Positions 49,225 to 60,201 are shown, numbered from the stretch's first letter. The stretch: 64,000 nucleotides of DNA from Trichormus sp. ATA11-4-KO1 (GCA_019358915.1 JAHHIM010000065.1:32001-96000), one strand, 5' to 3'. A program made the numbers and translations. The notes: generated by a model not told the origin, from the letters alone.

Positions 49225-51300
49225 ATGAAACACATGAATCCATGTTCCTTAGCTCATTTGAGCAAAGTCCTTGTTGCTGCAACTTTTGTGGCAATGTTCT
49301 CGCCAATAGCTTCTGCTTACGAAGTTTCAGGGTTATCTACCACCGTCGCAGAAACATTGGAAAATTCTGCCACTCCACAACTTTTACTGGCAGATAGAGA
49401 TGATGACGATAGGGATGATGACGACGACGATGACGATGACTATAGGGATGATGATAAGAAGGCCAAATTGCCTGAATCTATCAAATTAGCTGTCTTACGG
49501 GACATCTCCCAGCGCACAGGATCAAAAATGTCCACTTTGCGAGTCATTCAGGCTAAACGGCAAATTTGGTCAGATGGGTGTTTGGGTTTAAAAGCAGAGG
49601 TCAATTGCACTCAAGCTATAGTACCGGGTTGGCAAGTAGTCGCCGCCAACACACAGCAAATGTGGGTATATCGTACTAATGAGTCTGGAACAGTCGCCAA
49701 ACTAGATGCAGGAACGACTCAGTACATGACTGCTAGTATGGTGAGAAAAGAAACCACCAGCCAGCAAGTCATGAGCAGCACACAGCGTCAAACTGTAACT
49801 GCACAAAGTAGCACCCAGGTAAGTGCTGCTAGTACTTCGGTGAAAGGAAAACATAAAGGTTTTAGCCTCGCCATATTGCAACCATCTGGTAACCTTTCAG
49901 AGGTAGTTACCCGTGTTTCTTTGAAGGGAAAACGCAATAAGGGTTACTTAAAAGAAAGATTTTTGGGTGATTACAAGTATAAGCTTCAGCAAAAGGGGAA
50001 AAAGGCAAAATTTGTTAAGGGTATCAAACCAGGCGATCGCGTGGTCGTGCGATTGTATGATCTACAAAACCGCTTTCTTGGCTACAGCGAATTTGAATGT
50101 TTGTCAGAACATACAGTAGTTAATCTAATTCTGCCTGCCAACCCAACACAAACTCAAATCATTCGGACTGTTTACGGTGTTGACACCAAAGAAGACGGGA
50201 TGATTGACGCAGGTACTAAGACTTATGACTACTTCACCCAAGTCAGTAACCAACGCGTTAGCTTCCTGAGTAGTTCCCAAGCCATCAACGTTAGTCAGTT
50301 CCAAGTACAGGGTTTATCAGCAGTTGCTGCAACTAGCGTTTATCCCACCTCCTTCACTACGGGTGAGTTTGCTTTGGTACGTCAATCATTTAGTGCTTTT
50401 AGTCCTAGCTTACCCCCAGTTTTAAAAGCTGCACCTGGTCAGTTAGTGCAACTAATTACCGTCAGTGATGATAGTAGTTCCATCTACGATGTCAGCCAGA
50501 TGATGATGAATTATCGGGAAGTGGGTGTAGCCAGCAGTATTCAAACGATGTTTACTGATGTCTCAACTAACCATTGGGCGAAAGATTTTATTTCTGAGTT
50601 AACAGCTTTAGAAGTTCTCCAAGGTTTTCCCGATGGTAGTTTCCGTCCCGACGAACAAGTGACTCGCGCCCAATTTGCAGCGATGCTGAGTCAAGCTTTT
50701 CAAAAAGTGAGAGTTCGTAGTCCTATCAGCTTCAATGATGTTTCCAATAGATATTGGGCTTATAATGCCATTCGCGAAGCTTATGCAACCGGCTTTTTCA
50801 GCAATACAGGTACTAATTTCAACCCTACCCAAAGCCTGTCACGCTTAGAAGTTTTGCTAGCAATAGCGCGAGGACTTAACTACACTTTTAGCGGTTCCAC
50901 AGAGACGATTTTGGCAGCTTATACCGATGCGGCTAGCATTCGTAGCGATGTTCGTAGTGCGATCGCGGCACTCACAGAACGGGGTGTCATAGTAAACTAT
51001 CCTCATGTCCAGTCTCTGAATGCTGATAAAGTGGCAACTAGAGCCGAAGTTAGTGCATTGATATACAGAGCATTAGCTAGCACTGGTGAAGTAGTCGATA
51101 TCTCCTCTCAATATGCTGTAGAACCAACACAGCAGCAGACTGTAGCGGAAGAGGTCTCAAATACCCCAATGAGTAGCATCAAACCTCGTCAAAATTGTAA
51201 TCAGGGTATTGGTAATGGTGCTGAAGGGTGCGACCCCGGTAATTCCCGCCCCCACGGTGGTAGCAACGACGAAGGCGGACGCACCCCTGGTGGTAGGTAA
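49225..51300 (+). CDS. Secreted S-layer homology (SLH) domain protein
   Basis: Signal peptide, poly-Asp tract, three SLH repeats (FTDV..HWA, TRAQFA, SRLEV, TRAEV). Confidence 0.88.
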   Translation: MKHMNPCSLAHLSKVLVAATFVAMFSPIASAYEVSGLSTTVAETLENSATPQLLLADRDDDDRDDDDDDDDDYRDDDKKAKLPESIKLAVLRDISQRTGSKMSTLRVIQAKRQIWSDGCLGLKAEVNCTQAIVPGWQVVAANTQQMWVYRTNESGTVAKLDAGTTQYMTASMVRKETTSQQVMSSTQRQTVTAQSSTQVSAASTSVKGKHKGFSLAILQPSGNLSEVVTRVSLKGKRNKGYLKERFLGDYKYKLQQKGKKAKFVKGIKPGDRVVVRLYDLQNRFLGYSEFECLSEHTVVNLILPANPTQTQIIRTVYGVDTKEDGMIDAGTKTYDYFTQVSNQRVSFLSSSQAINVSQFQVQGLSAVAATSVYPTSFTTGEFALVRQSFSAFSPSLPPVLKAAPGQLVQLITVSDDSSSIYDVSQMMMNYREVGVASSIQTMFTDVSTNHWAKDFISELTALEVLQGFPDGSFRPDEQVTRAQFAAMLSQAFQKVRVRSPISFNDVSNRYWAYNAIREAYATGFFSNTGTNFNPTQSLSRLEVLLAIARGLNYTFSGSTETILAAYTDAASIRSDVRSAIAALTERGVIVNYPHVQSLNADKVATRAEVSALIYRALASTGEVVDISSQYAVEPTQQQTVAEEVSNTPMSSIKPRQNCNQGIGNGAEGCDPGNSRPHGGSNDEGGRTPGGR

Positions 51301-51508
51301 TGAAGAGTGCTGAGTGCTGAGTGCTGAGTTAAAAGACAGCCCACACTTCGACAGGTGATACAGTGAGCCTCTCGAACTGCTCAATAAGCACAAGGGGAAG
51401 GGTTTCGACCTATCTGTAATACAAGGGGCTTAATCAATACTATTGTTGAATGGGGTGGGCTTCTAGCCCGCCCATTTTATATAGTATTAAGTCAAATCCA
51501 TAGCTGAA

Positions 51509-51646
51509 CAGGACTTACGCAAAATACCTCTCAAACTCTTATTACTCTGTGTTACGCCATTTGCTACAACGCGGGGAACCCGCGCAACGCAATGGCTCCT
51601 CTGTGCCTCTGTGGTTCAATTTTTCATTGCCTGTGCGTAAGTCCTA
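51509..51646. mobile_element. 138-bp MITE (TIR aggacttacgca/tgcgtaagtcct) with 5-bp duplication CTGAA
   Basis: ctgaa at 51504-51508 and 51647-51651; contains a GC-rich inner hairpin. Confidence 0.8.
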
Positions 51647-51663
51647 CTGAATTTTCTGTTCCA

Positions 51664-52680
51664 TTATTTGTGCACATAAATATCTCTGATAGGAAAGGGA
51701 ATTTGAATTCCTTCTTGTTGATAACGTTTGTGTAATTTCTTAATAAATAAATGTTTAGCAATTCGCTGGTCAAAGTATTCGTTGACCCGCATATAAAGCT
51801 TAAAATCTATACTAAAATCATTAAAAGTATGAAATCTAATATTTGGTTCATTTTTTATTAGTTCAGGTGCAATTTCTTGCATAACTTCTTTTGCTACTTC
51901 TACTGTTACTCTTTCTACATGTTCTAAATCGCTATCATAACCGACACCTACATCCATTATTAAAGTAATCTCTTTAACTGGTAAATGATAGTTGATAAAA
52001 ATAGCAGATGATAACCTAGAATTGGGTACAATAATTATATTATTAGAAAATTCCTTGATAGTTGTATTTCGCCAATTAATATCTGTAACATATCCTTCAT
52101 AGCCATCATCTAATTTGACATAATCTCCAGTTCTAACTTGCTTAGAAATAACTAAATAAAAACCAGAAAATAAATTTGCTAGTGTATCTTGTAGCGCTAA
52201 ACCTACTGCTAAACCACCAACGCCTAAAGTGGTGACTATCGGTGTGACTTCTACACCCACAGTTTGCAAGAGAATTAGTGTGCCTAAAGTTAAAACGGCA
52301 ATCTTGACTAAATTAGAAATTAGGGATGCGGGAACACCCTCTGTTCTTTGAATAAATATATTTATAAAACCAGCAGTCAATCTAGCTAAGACTAACGTCA
52401 CTGAATAGAGAAAAAGAATAGTAATGATTTTTTGCAGAGCAGTTTTTAAATCACCATTTATATTGAGATGAGAAGAAAAAATTGCTCCATAAAATCCAGC
52501 CAGGACAAACCACAGAAATGTCATCCGATGTAGGGCTTGAAATATAATTTCGCCCCCAGGAATTTGGGTCTGAGCCACAAATTTTCTGAGTCTTTTAAAG
52601 ATAACTTTTTCACCAATTAATCCAGCCAGCAAACCGACTAGAATAAATACTAATGGTAAAATCCATTGCTGCATAATCAA
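51664..52680 (-). CDS. Mechanosensitive ion channel MscS family
   Basis: LGVGGLAVGLALQDTLANLFSG, GD.V, VPNS, IPFP. Confidence 0.93.
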   Translation of the reverse strand: MIMQQWILPLVFILVGLLAGLIGEKVIFKRLRKFVAQTQIPGGEIIFQALHRMTFLWFVLAGFYGAIFSSHLNINGDLKTALQKIITILFLYSVTLVLARLTAGFINIFIQRTEGVPASLISNLVKIAVLTLGTLILLQTVGVEVTPIVTTLGVGGLAVGLALQDTLANLFSGFYLVISKQVRTGDYVKLDDGYEGYVTDINWRNTTIKEFSNNIIIVPNSRLSSAIFINYHLPVKEITLIMDVGVGYDSDLEHVERVTVEVAKEVMQEIAPELIKNEPNIRFHTFNDFSIDFKLYMRVNEYFDQRIAKHLFIKKLHKRYQQEGIQIPFPIRDIYVHK

Positions 52681-52778
52681 TTGTTGATTGGAGATATTGT
52701 GGAGAAAATCTTAGGTATCTGCTGTAGCAATACCATAACTGCTAAATTTTACCTTGTTTAGTTGCCTGAGCAGTCAAA

Positions 52779-53696
52779 ATGGACTTGCCAATTATTTACC
52801 ATCCAGATTATATTGCCCCACTGCCGGACAATCATCGCTTTCCCATGTCTAAGTTCCGACAACTTTATGAATTATTGTTAGCGGACGGCGTAGCGCAAAC
52901 CGAACAATTTCACATCCCTAAGCGCCCACCCTCAGATTTAATTGAGTTAGTTCACACCCCAGATTATGTTCAAGCTTACTGTAACGGAACCCTAGATCCC
53001 AAAGCACAGCGTCGCATTGGCTTACCTTGGAGTGCGGCGCTGGCTAATCGTACTTGTGTGGCGGTTGGTGGTACAATATTGACTGCCAAGCTAGCCTTAA
53101 GTCAAGGTTTAGCTTGTAATACTGCTGGTGGTACGCATCATGCCTTTCCTAGTTATGGGTCTGGTTTTTGTATTTTCAATGATTTAGCGATCGCTTGTCG
53201 CGTTTTACAAAAACTTGGACTTGTGCAAAAAGTTCTCATTGTGGATTTGGATGTTCATCAAGGAGATGGTACAGCTTTTATCTTCCAAAATGACGAAAGC
53301 GTGTTTACTTTTTCGATGCACTGTGAAGTGAATTTTCCCGGTACTAAACAAACCAGCGATTTGGATGTTCCCCTACCAATCGGTATGGAAGATGATCCGT
53401 ATTTGCAAACTTTAGCGAATTACTTACCAGATTTGTTGTCTCATATTCAGCCAGACTTAATATTATACGATGCAGGCGTTGATCCTCATATAGGCGATCG
53501 CTTGGGAAAATTAGCCTTGACGGATACTGGAATTTTTCGCCGGGAAATGCAGGTTTTAAGCACTTGTTTGGGTGCAGGTTATCCTATCGCCTGCGTTATT
53601 GGTGGCGGTTATGCTGATGATATGAAATCCCTTGTCTGGCGACACTCTTTATTACATCGTGCGGCTAGTCAGGTTTATCAGCAATACAGGCTTTGA
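52779..53696 (+). CDS. Histone deacetylase family protein
   Basis: GGTHHA, GFCIFND, DLDVHQGDG, GGGY. Confidence 0.93.
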   Translation: MDLPIIYHPDYIAPLPDNHRFPMSKFRQLYELLLADGVAQTEQFHIPKRPPSDLIELVHTPDYVQAYCNGTLDPKAQRRIGLPWSAALANRTCVAVGGTILTAKLALSQGLACNTAGGTHHAFPSYGSGFCIFNDLAIACRVLQKLGLVQKVLIVDLDVHQGDGTAFIFQNDESVFTFSMHCEVNFPGTKQTSDLDVPLPIGMEDDPYLQTLANYLPDLLSHIQPDLILYDAGVDPHIGDRLGKLALTDTGIFRREMQVLSTCLGAGYPIACVIGGGYADDMKSLVWRHSLLHRAASQVYQQYRL

Positions 53697-53831
53697 GTTA
53701 AAAAGTCACTTATTGAACCACACCAGACGCAGAGAATACAGAGAGAAAAGTCAAGATTTTTTCGCAGAATTACAATAATTTTATCCCGAAATTTGAGATA
53801 GTCTAAGTAGGTAGATATAATTAAATGTCAG

Positions 53832-53918
53832 GTAAATTTTTGTTCGTAGTGAGCGATTTATCGCTTGCTTACAAGTTTTTCCAGGGTTAAATTACTGACT
53901 ACAAACTTTTATTTATTT
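53832..53918. repeat. Dispersed palindromic repeat, copy 2
   Basis: Similar to 29605-29688. Confidence 0.65.
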
Positions 53919-53984
53919 GTACCCAATTGTTACACTATTTTGGATTAATCATTTAACCCAACATGAGGAGATTCAAGATTATCA

Positions 53985-56900
53985 ATGCCGACTTTGCCAA
54001 ATAACGGTAATTCAGAAAAATGGGGTTATAAATGCGTCGGATTAGCAGCTAAAGATGAAATGCTGGAATTGTTGGGTGAACAGCCTTGTATCTTTTATGT
54101 GCGTCGTCAAGGTGCAGGAAAACATCCAACCGAAGAAATTTGGGAGTTGACAATAGCAACAGATAGAAATGATTTTTCACTACCAGCTAGACTTGAGAAA
54201 CAAGGCAAAACGTTAGGACTCAAAGCTGCTGTTCAACAAGATGGATATGGCGGGTTAAAAATATTATCTACTCGGTTGCTACAACCCTCACGGGGACACG
54301 CCGACGGTTATGCTATACCCTGTCGTTTGCGTCTATTACCTCAACATATTGGCATTCCCTCGGCAACATTGACACGTATATCAAATATGCCAGTCTGTGG
54401 GGATCATATACCCACAGAAGACCAGCTAAAAGCTTGGAAAGCCTTTTTGCAGGTTGAGGAAAATATTGCGAAAGCACGTCAGTTTTGTGTGGCTTTTGTC
54501 GGTCAAAACTATAATCTCAAGACTAGACAAGTAACTTTTGAAATTAAGATTAATTCAGCAACCTTAGATGGTTCTGAAGAAAATTATTTGCATATTGATA
54601 ACTTTTGGGAACGAGTAAAACGGTCAACAAACGAAGAGGTAAAACTTTCAGAAACCGTTCCCGCAGGAAACAACACCTATAAAATTCCTAAACTAGGTGC
54701 AATTGAAAAGTTTGATTCCCAACGTTGCTTAATCAAAGTCAAACTAGAACGAGAATTAGCTGAATATATAGCAACCAAACGTTATCAACTACCAGTAAAG
54801 GGATTCTTATTTTTTGATGCGGCTGGCGATATCCAACAAGTTCGCCGTAAAAAAGAAGCTTTAGAACAATTAAAGCAGGGGTATACTCAAAATCCCTACT
54901 TAGGTAACTTCTTATTTGATGCTTCCCAAGCGAGACGCAGCAGAAAAACTGTTGAACTGAAAGCAGAAGATTTATTGTTATCTTCTGCTAATGCTGGACA
55001 AAAAGCAGCAGTAGAAAAAGTATTAGCATCTGAAGATTTAATTCTCATTCAAGGACCGCCAGGTACTGGTAAAACTACTGTAATTGCCGAGATTTGCTAT
55101 CAAATTGCCCTGCGGGGTGGACGCACTCTCATTGCTTCTCAAGCCAATTTAGCAGTTGATAACGCCCTTAGTCGTTTAGTTCATAACCCAGTTATTCGGG
55201 CTGTACGCAAGGGACGCGCCGAGAGGGTGGGGGAAGAAGGACAGCCTTTTTTAGAAGACCAAGTTATTGGTAGATGGTTAGAAAATACTGCGGCTGACTG
55301 TGAAAATAGTTTAGCAAAACGTCTAGAAAATGTCCAAATTTTGCGTGAGTTGTTGGCATCATCACCACGATTTACAACGTATTTGCAAATAGAATCAGAG
55401 TTTAATGAAGCACAAACTAAATTTAAACATGATCAGGAAACTATAGAGAGCAACTGCAAAAATCAAGAAACAATTTATCAAGAAACATTAGTTAAGAAAA
55501 ATGATGTTGAATCTCTAATTTTAGGGTTAAATAATCTACTCAAAACTGCACCTCATATAAATTGGGAATCTCCAGAAATTGCCAATTTACTACCACATCT
55601 TCAGCCATATACAGCAGATAATAATTTAATCCAAATTTTTTTAACAAACGTTCGCCAAGCTATCAAATATACAGATGAATTAGGTTTAGTTCGTCCTGCT
55701 TATGGTGCATTTGGATTAGCAGTTTGGTTGCGTGAAACTGTAGCCATTGAAATTTCTGAATTTAGCACAGTATTCGGTTATGCTGATGATGCAATTGTCG
55801 CTATATCAGAACTGACGGCAGCATTACAAATTATTCAACAAAATGCTACCAAGTCAAAGCTAGCACAAATAGATGATCAACAATTACTAGCACAGCAGCA
55901 AATCCTACAACAAACAATTCAAGGTTGGCAAAACCGCAAACGAGAAATTGATTATTTAATTGAAGCAGTTAAAGCATGGAAATCTACAGCACCTTTGGAA
56001 TTATATCAAATAGTTAAAGACTGCCAGCAATCAGGAAAAGCATTAACCGAAGAATCGGTACAATTACCACTGGGTTTGTTGCTGTTTGCTAATCAATTAA
56101 AAGTAACACTTGTACCGAAAAAATATAATCTTAACTTACCAGATTGGGAATCATTAAAAAAAGCTTTAACTTATGAAACAGATGGAGGCTTTGTTGATAG
56201 AAAGGGTAAACAATATAATTTTAGTTACTTTTTAGAGCAAAGTTTTAGTCAAATTCCCATAGTGCTATCAGCGAGCGATCGCACCCAATGGCGTAAGATA
56301 TACGAAGAGTTTAGTAATTATCAATTACTCCACCAAAGCCAGCGAAAATTACTCGTAGAAAATACCCAGTTATTTTTGCTAAGAATGCAAAAAATCTATG
56401 GTAAAGCATGGGACTTAAATAACATTGACTCAACGCTGAAACAAATTACTCAAGAATTACTAGAAAATATTCTTGTAAATGCCCGCCAATGTGTTGCACG
56501 AGTCAAAACTGAAACTGAACAACAACTGCAATATTTACAACAGCAATTAAAGGAAATTCAGAGTCAGATAATTAATCAAGAAAAAGCATCTGCTAATCAA
56601 TCTCAAATTGCAGCAGCTAATTTAAAACTTGCACGAGTTATCGAGATTTTGCAATTACTTAACCAACAGCAAAACTTACCTCATAATTTAAGGATTTTAG
56701 TTGAAAAATATCTGACAACACAATCAAATATTTGGGAACACCCCCAAGAATTCATAACTCAAGTCAATGCATGTAAAAGTAACACCAGCAAGCTGGAAAC
56801 TTTAATTTTATCACTAGAGCCTTTCACAATCTTAGAGATAATCAAAAAATCTCTAGATGAACATTTTACTATTCTGACAGCAGACAATACACTTGCTGAA

Positions 56901-58202
56901 AAACAACTGAAAAAATTTCAAATACAACTAACAAAATTAAATAAACAACCACAGATACAGCCATCAGAAAATTTAACCTTAGAAAGAAACTGGTGGCAAA
57001 TATTTTATGCAACAATACCTGATAAATTTAAACTAGATATTAATGCTAACGACTTATTTAATCTTGAATTTTTATGCAACATCAAAAACCAGTTTGCATC
57101 TTGGCAAAATCAACTGACTCAAGAAGAAAATTATCTCAGCCGATACCAGCATTTTACCGAAGATTGGATTAAAAAAGTCAAAAATCCATCCGAGCGCGAT
57201 CGCAATGATTTAAGACGTATATATTTGGATAATGCGAACGTCGTCGGTATCACTTGTGTACAAGCCGCAAATTACAATTTTTCCCAGGAATTTACAGCCT
57301 TTGATGTTGTCATCATTGATGAAGTCAGTAAGTGTACGCCACCAGAATTACTCATCCCAGCGTTAAAAGGCAAAAAATTAGTCATGGTAGGCGACCATCG
57401 ACAACTACCGCCTATGCTGGATACTAGCACTATAGAAGAAGTTGCCCAATCACTTGGCAGTAACAAATCAGAATTGCAATTTTTAGAAGAATCATTATTT
57501 AAAATTCAGTTTGAAGCTGCTGATAAAAGCATTAAACAAATGCTAACTACACAATATCGCATGCACCCCTTTATTATGGGGGCAATTAATCAGTTTTATG
57601 ATGGTAAACTAAAATGTGGTCTTGTAGAACCAGACACCAAACGTGCCCATAATTTAACAGGTGAAATTATTCAAAAAAACCATCATTTGATTTGGGTAAA
57701 AACACCTTTAGAAAATCAATTTCAAGAACAGCGCGAAGGTACTTCCTTCTCGAATATTCGGGAAATTGATGTAATTGAACGCCTGTGTCAGCAATTCGAG
57801 AAGATTTGGGCGGAGAAAGTTGCTAATGGTGAATCAAAAAAAGAAATAGCCGTAATTACATTTTATGGCGCACAACTACGAAAACTTGATGAACGCCTAC
57901 AATCTGAACTTTTCCCCTCATTAGAAATTCGTACTGGTACTGTTGATAGATTTCAGGGGATGGAACGCCCAGTGGTGATTGTGAGTATGGTTCGTAATAA
58001 TAATCATGGAGATGTAGGATTTGCTAAAAAACCGGAACGGGTAAATGTCGCTTTTTCTCGCGCACAAGAACTACTGGTAATTGTCGGGTGTCACGATTTA
58101 TTCACCCGTCAAGGTGGTAAAGTCGGAAGTATGTATTCAGAAGTTGCCAATACTGTTAATTGTCATGGAGGTTTTGTTGATATTTCACGCATCTTCAGCT
58201 AA
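53985..58202 (+). CDS. SF1B UPF1/DNA2-like helicase with large helical insertion
   Basis: QGPPGTGKT, SQANLAVDN, IIDEVS, GDHRQLPP, QYRM, TVDRFQG.E, NVAFSRA. Confidence 0.92.
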   Translation: MPTLPNNGNSEKWGYKCVGLAAKDEMLELLGEQPCIFYVRRQGAGKHPTEEIWELTIATDRNDFSLPARLEKQGKTLGLKAAVQQDGYGGLKILSTRLLQPSRGHADGYAIPCRLRLLPQHIGIPSATLTRISNMPVCGDHIPTEDQLKAWKAFLQVEENIAKARQFCVAFVGQNYNLKTRQVTFEIKINSATLDGSEENYLHIDNFWERVKRSTNEEVKLSETVPAGNNTYKIPKLGAIEKFDSQRCLIKVKLERELAEYIATKRYQLPVKGFLFFDAAGDIQQVRRKKEALEQLKQGYTQNPYLGNFLFDASQARRSRKTVELKAEDLLLSSANAGQKAAVEKVLASEDLILIQGPPGTGKTTVIAEICYQIALRGGRTLIASQANLAVDNALSRLVHNPVIRAVRKGRAERVGEEGQPFLEDQVIGRWLENTAADCENSLAKRLENVQILRELLASSPRFTTYLQIESEFNEAQTKFKHDQETIESNCKNQETIYQETLVKKNDVESLILGLNNLLKTAPHINWESPEIANLLPHLQPYTADNNLIQIFLTNVRQAIKYTDELGLVRPAYGAFGLAVWLRETVAIEISEFSTVFGYADDAIVAISELTAALQIIQQNATKSKLAQIDDQQLLAQQQILQQTIQGWQNRKREIDYLIEAVKAWKSTAPLELYQIVKDCQQSGKALTEESVQLPLGLLLFANQLKVTLVPKKYNLNLPDWESLKKALTYETDGGFVDRKGKQYNFSYFLEQSFSQIPIVLSASDRTQWRKIYEEFSNYQLLHQSQRKLLVENTQLFLLRMQKIYGKAWDLNNIDSTLKQITQELLENILVNARQCVARVKTETEQQLQYLQQQLKEIQSQIINQEKASANQSQIAAANLKLARVIEILQLLNQQQNLPHNLRILVEKYLTTQSNIWEHPQEFITQVNACKSNTSKLETLILSLEPFTILEIIKKSLDEHFTILTADNTLAEKQLKKFQIQLTKLNKQPQIQPSENLTLERNWWQIFYATIPDKFKLDINANDLFNLEFLCNIKNQFASWQNQLTQEENYLSRYQHFTEDWIKKVKNPSERDRNDLRRIYLDNANVVGITCVQAANYNFSQEFTAFDVVIIDEVSKCTPPELLIPALKGKKLVMVGDHRQLPPMLDTSTIEEVAQSLGSNKSELQFLEESLFKIQFEAADKSIKQMLTTQYRMHPFIMGAINQFYDGKLKCGLVEPDTKRAHNLTGEIIQKNHHLIWVKTPLENQFQEQREGTSFSNIREIDVIERLCQQFEKIWAEKVANGESKKEIAVITFYGAQLRKLDERLQSELFPSLEIRTGTVDRFQGMERPVVIVSMVRNNNHGDVGFAKKPERVNVAFSRAQELLVIVGCHDLFTRQGGKVGSMYSEVANTVNCHGGFVDISRIFS

Positions 58203-59958
58203 ACCCATTGATGAAAAACTCAGAGATTTAGTCAATGAAATCGAAACTAAAAACCCTGATGTTTCAGTTTTAGCAGCACGTCAATTCCGTTATAGTTTGC
58301 ATCAAACTTCTGTAGAAATATCTATCAAAGAACCGCGTGAATTTAACGTACTCGAAGAATTTATTATCCGTGCGGGAATTGAATTTGAACCCCCACCTAC
58401 AGAAGATGAATTAGCATCTATATTAGGACTTGATCCTATATTTGTCCGCAGTACCACTGCAAATCTGAAAACGTTAAACACTCTATCAGCAACATCACCA
58501 ATTACAGTCACTGCTGAAGGACGTTCATTTTATGAAAAAGGATCTGTACCACAGCCACCATACTCTGTACAGATTTACGCTATTTCCGATTCTCTAGGGG
58601 GAAAGCTAACGTTTCAGTCAGAACCATTTAATGATGTCCAAATAAACTTACCTGATTTAGCAGATTTTATCAAAAATTCCCCTAAAATTCCTGATATATC
58701 TTCTTTATCTTTAGCAGAAATACAGCAAAATATTCAGTCTTCAGATTTAGATTTTCATCAGCCAGAAACCGGAAAAATTGTCACTGCATGTAAGGTATTA
58801 ACTGCAACCAAAATCATTTGGAAAAAAATATCTTTAATTGTGGTTTTCGATGCCAAAAAAGATAAATTAAATATCCAAATCAAAGGCGGTAAACAACTTT
58901 TAAACTCAGCAGCAACTTGGCTCGAATCTTTGCAAGCCAAAGGTAAAATTTCTCTACCAGAATTATGTAAACTATCAGATGATCATATTAATCTTGAGCG
59001 CGCATCAACTTTCAAATACAAAAATGCTGAGATAGCAGCTAGACTTGAAAAAAATACCCAAACAGCTTTACGGTTACGTGATGAACAAATTAACCAAACT
59101 TTTTGGAAAATTTTAAATTCAGCAAAACATCAAATTCTCATTTATTCGCCGTGGCTAAGTCAAGCTATAGTTAACGAAGAATTTGTGAATACACTACAAG
59201 AATTAGTTAATCGCGGAGTATGGATTTTAATTGGCTATGGAATTTCACCAGAAGAAAAACCAATATCACCAGAAATAGCAGAAAAACTTCGCTCTATAAA
59301 AAGTGTGGATAATTTACCTGGAGTACAGATTTTATACTTAGGAGATTCCCATATTAAAGAAGTCATAGTTGATGAAAAAACTTATCTTTATGGATTTCAT
59401 GACTGGCTTTCTTATAATGGCGACTACCTACCAACAGGTGAATTAGTTTATCAAGTCACAATTTCTCAGCAAGTCCAGGAAGCACATCAATTTCTGGTTC
59501 ATCGCTTACAAAACCATGCACAAAAAATCTGGAACAATGCTGTAGAAAACCATAATTTTCAATTGGCTGTAGAATCTCTGTGCGTGTGGGGTGCATTGGG
59601 TATGCAAAATATAGCACTCCAGAAGATCCAACAAAGTAATTGGCTGGAACTTCTCCCAGTGTGGCTAAATGTGATACTTCAAAGGTTAAGATCGCATAAC
59701 TTACCAACTGATTCAGCAGATTTGAAAACGGCACTTTCTTTGCTGAACCAAATCTCAGGAGAAGAAACTTTTATCGAATTATTGCAGCAGGGATGGCGTA
59801 AAATTATTGACGCGATCGCCATCAATCAACCTGAAACTGCTCTAAACTTACTTAGTGATGAAGTCTGGGCGCAATTTCTGCGTCTGAACATTGTCCACAA
59901 TCACGACTCACCCACTAAACTTATCTACCCCCATACAGCACCTAAAAAAAGAAAATAA
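58165..59958 (+). CDS. wHTH + PLD-like domain protein overlapping the helicase
   Basis: EDELASILGL...VT.EG (wHTH-like); SAKHQILIYSPWL and HIKEVIVD (HxKxxxxD); start uncertain (ATG 58165 or TTG 58177). Confidence 0.75.
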   Translation: MEVLLIFHASSAKPIDEKLRDLVNEIETKNPDVSVLAARQFRYSLHQTSVEISIKEPREFNVLEEFIIRAGIEFEPPPTEDELASILGLDPIFVRSTTANLKTLNTLSATSPITVTAEGRSFYEKGSVPQPPYSVQIYAISDSLGGKLTFQSEPFNDVQINLPDLADFIKNSPKIPDISSLSLAEIQQNIQSSDLDFHQPETGKIVTACKVLTATKIIWKKISLIVVFDAKKDKLNIQIKGGKQLLNSAATWLESLQAKGKISLPELCKLSDDHINLERASTFKYKNAEIAARLEKNTQTALRLRDEQINQTFWKILNSAKHQILIYSPWLSQAIVNEEFVNTLQELVNRGVWILIGYGISPEEKPISPEIAEKLRSIKSVDNLPGVQILYLGDSHIKEVIVDEKTYLYGFHDWLSYNGDYLPTGELVYQVTISQQVQEAHQFLVHRLQNHAQKIWNNAVENHNFQLAVESLCVWGALGMQNIALQKIQQSNWLELLPVWLNVILQRLRSHNLPTDSADLKTALSLLNQISGEETFIELLQQGWRKIIDAIAINQPETALNLLSDEVWAQFLRLNIVHNHDSPTKLIYPHTAPKKRK

Positions 59959-60201
59959 ACTTGTACAAAACAAGTCATCTTGGCGTACTACAGCCCTTGC
60001 GGGTATCGCTGCGCGCGGGCGGTTTGACGGTTCGTTTAATCAAACTTTTTCATATGTAAATCGCCCGGTTGTTGTATGGAACAATGATTCATATAAGTTC
60101 ATTTTTAAATGTTTCTTAACTTTAAGTTAACTCAAGTATTGATGCGGAAATTCGTCTAATTCGATACAATTTACAGATTAGGAGAGGCGAAGGAGAACAA
60201 A

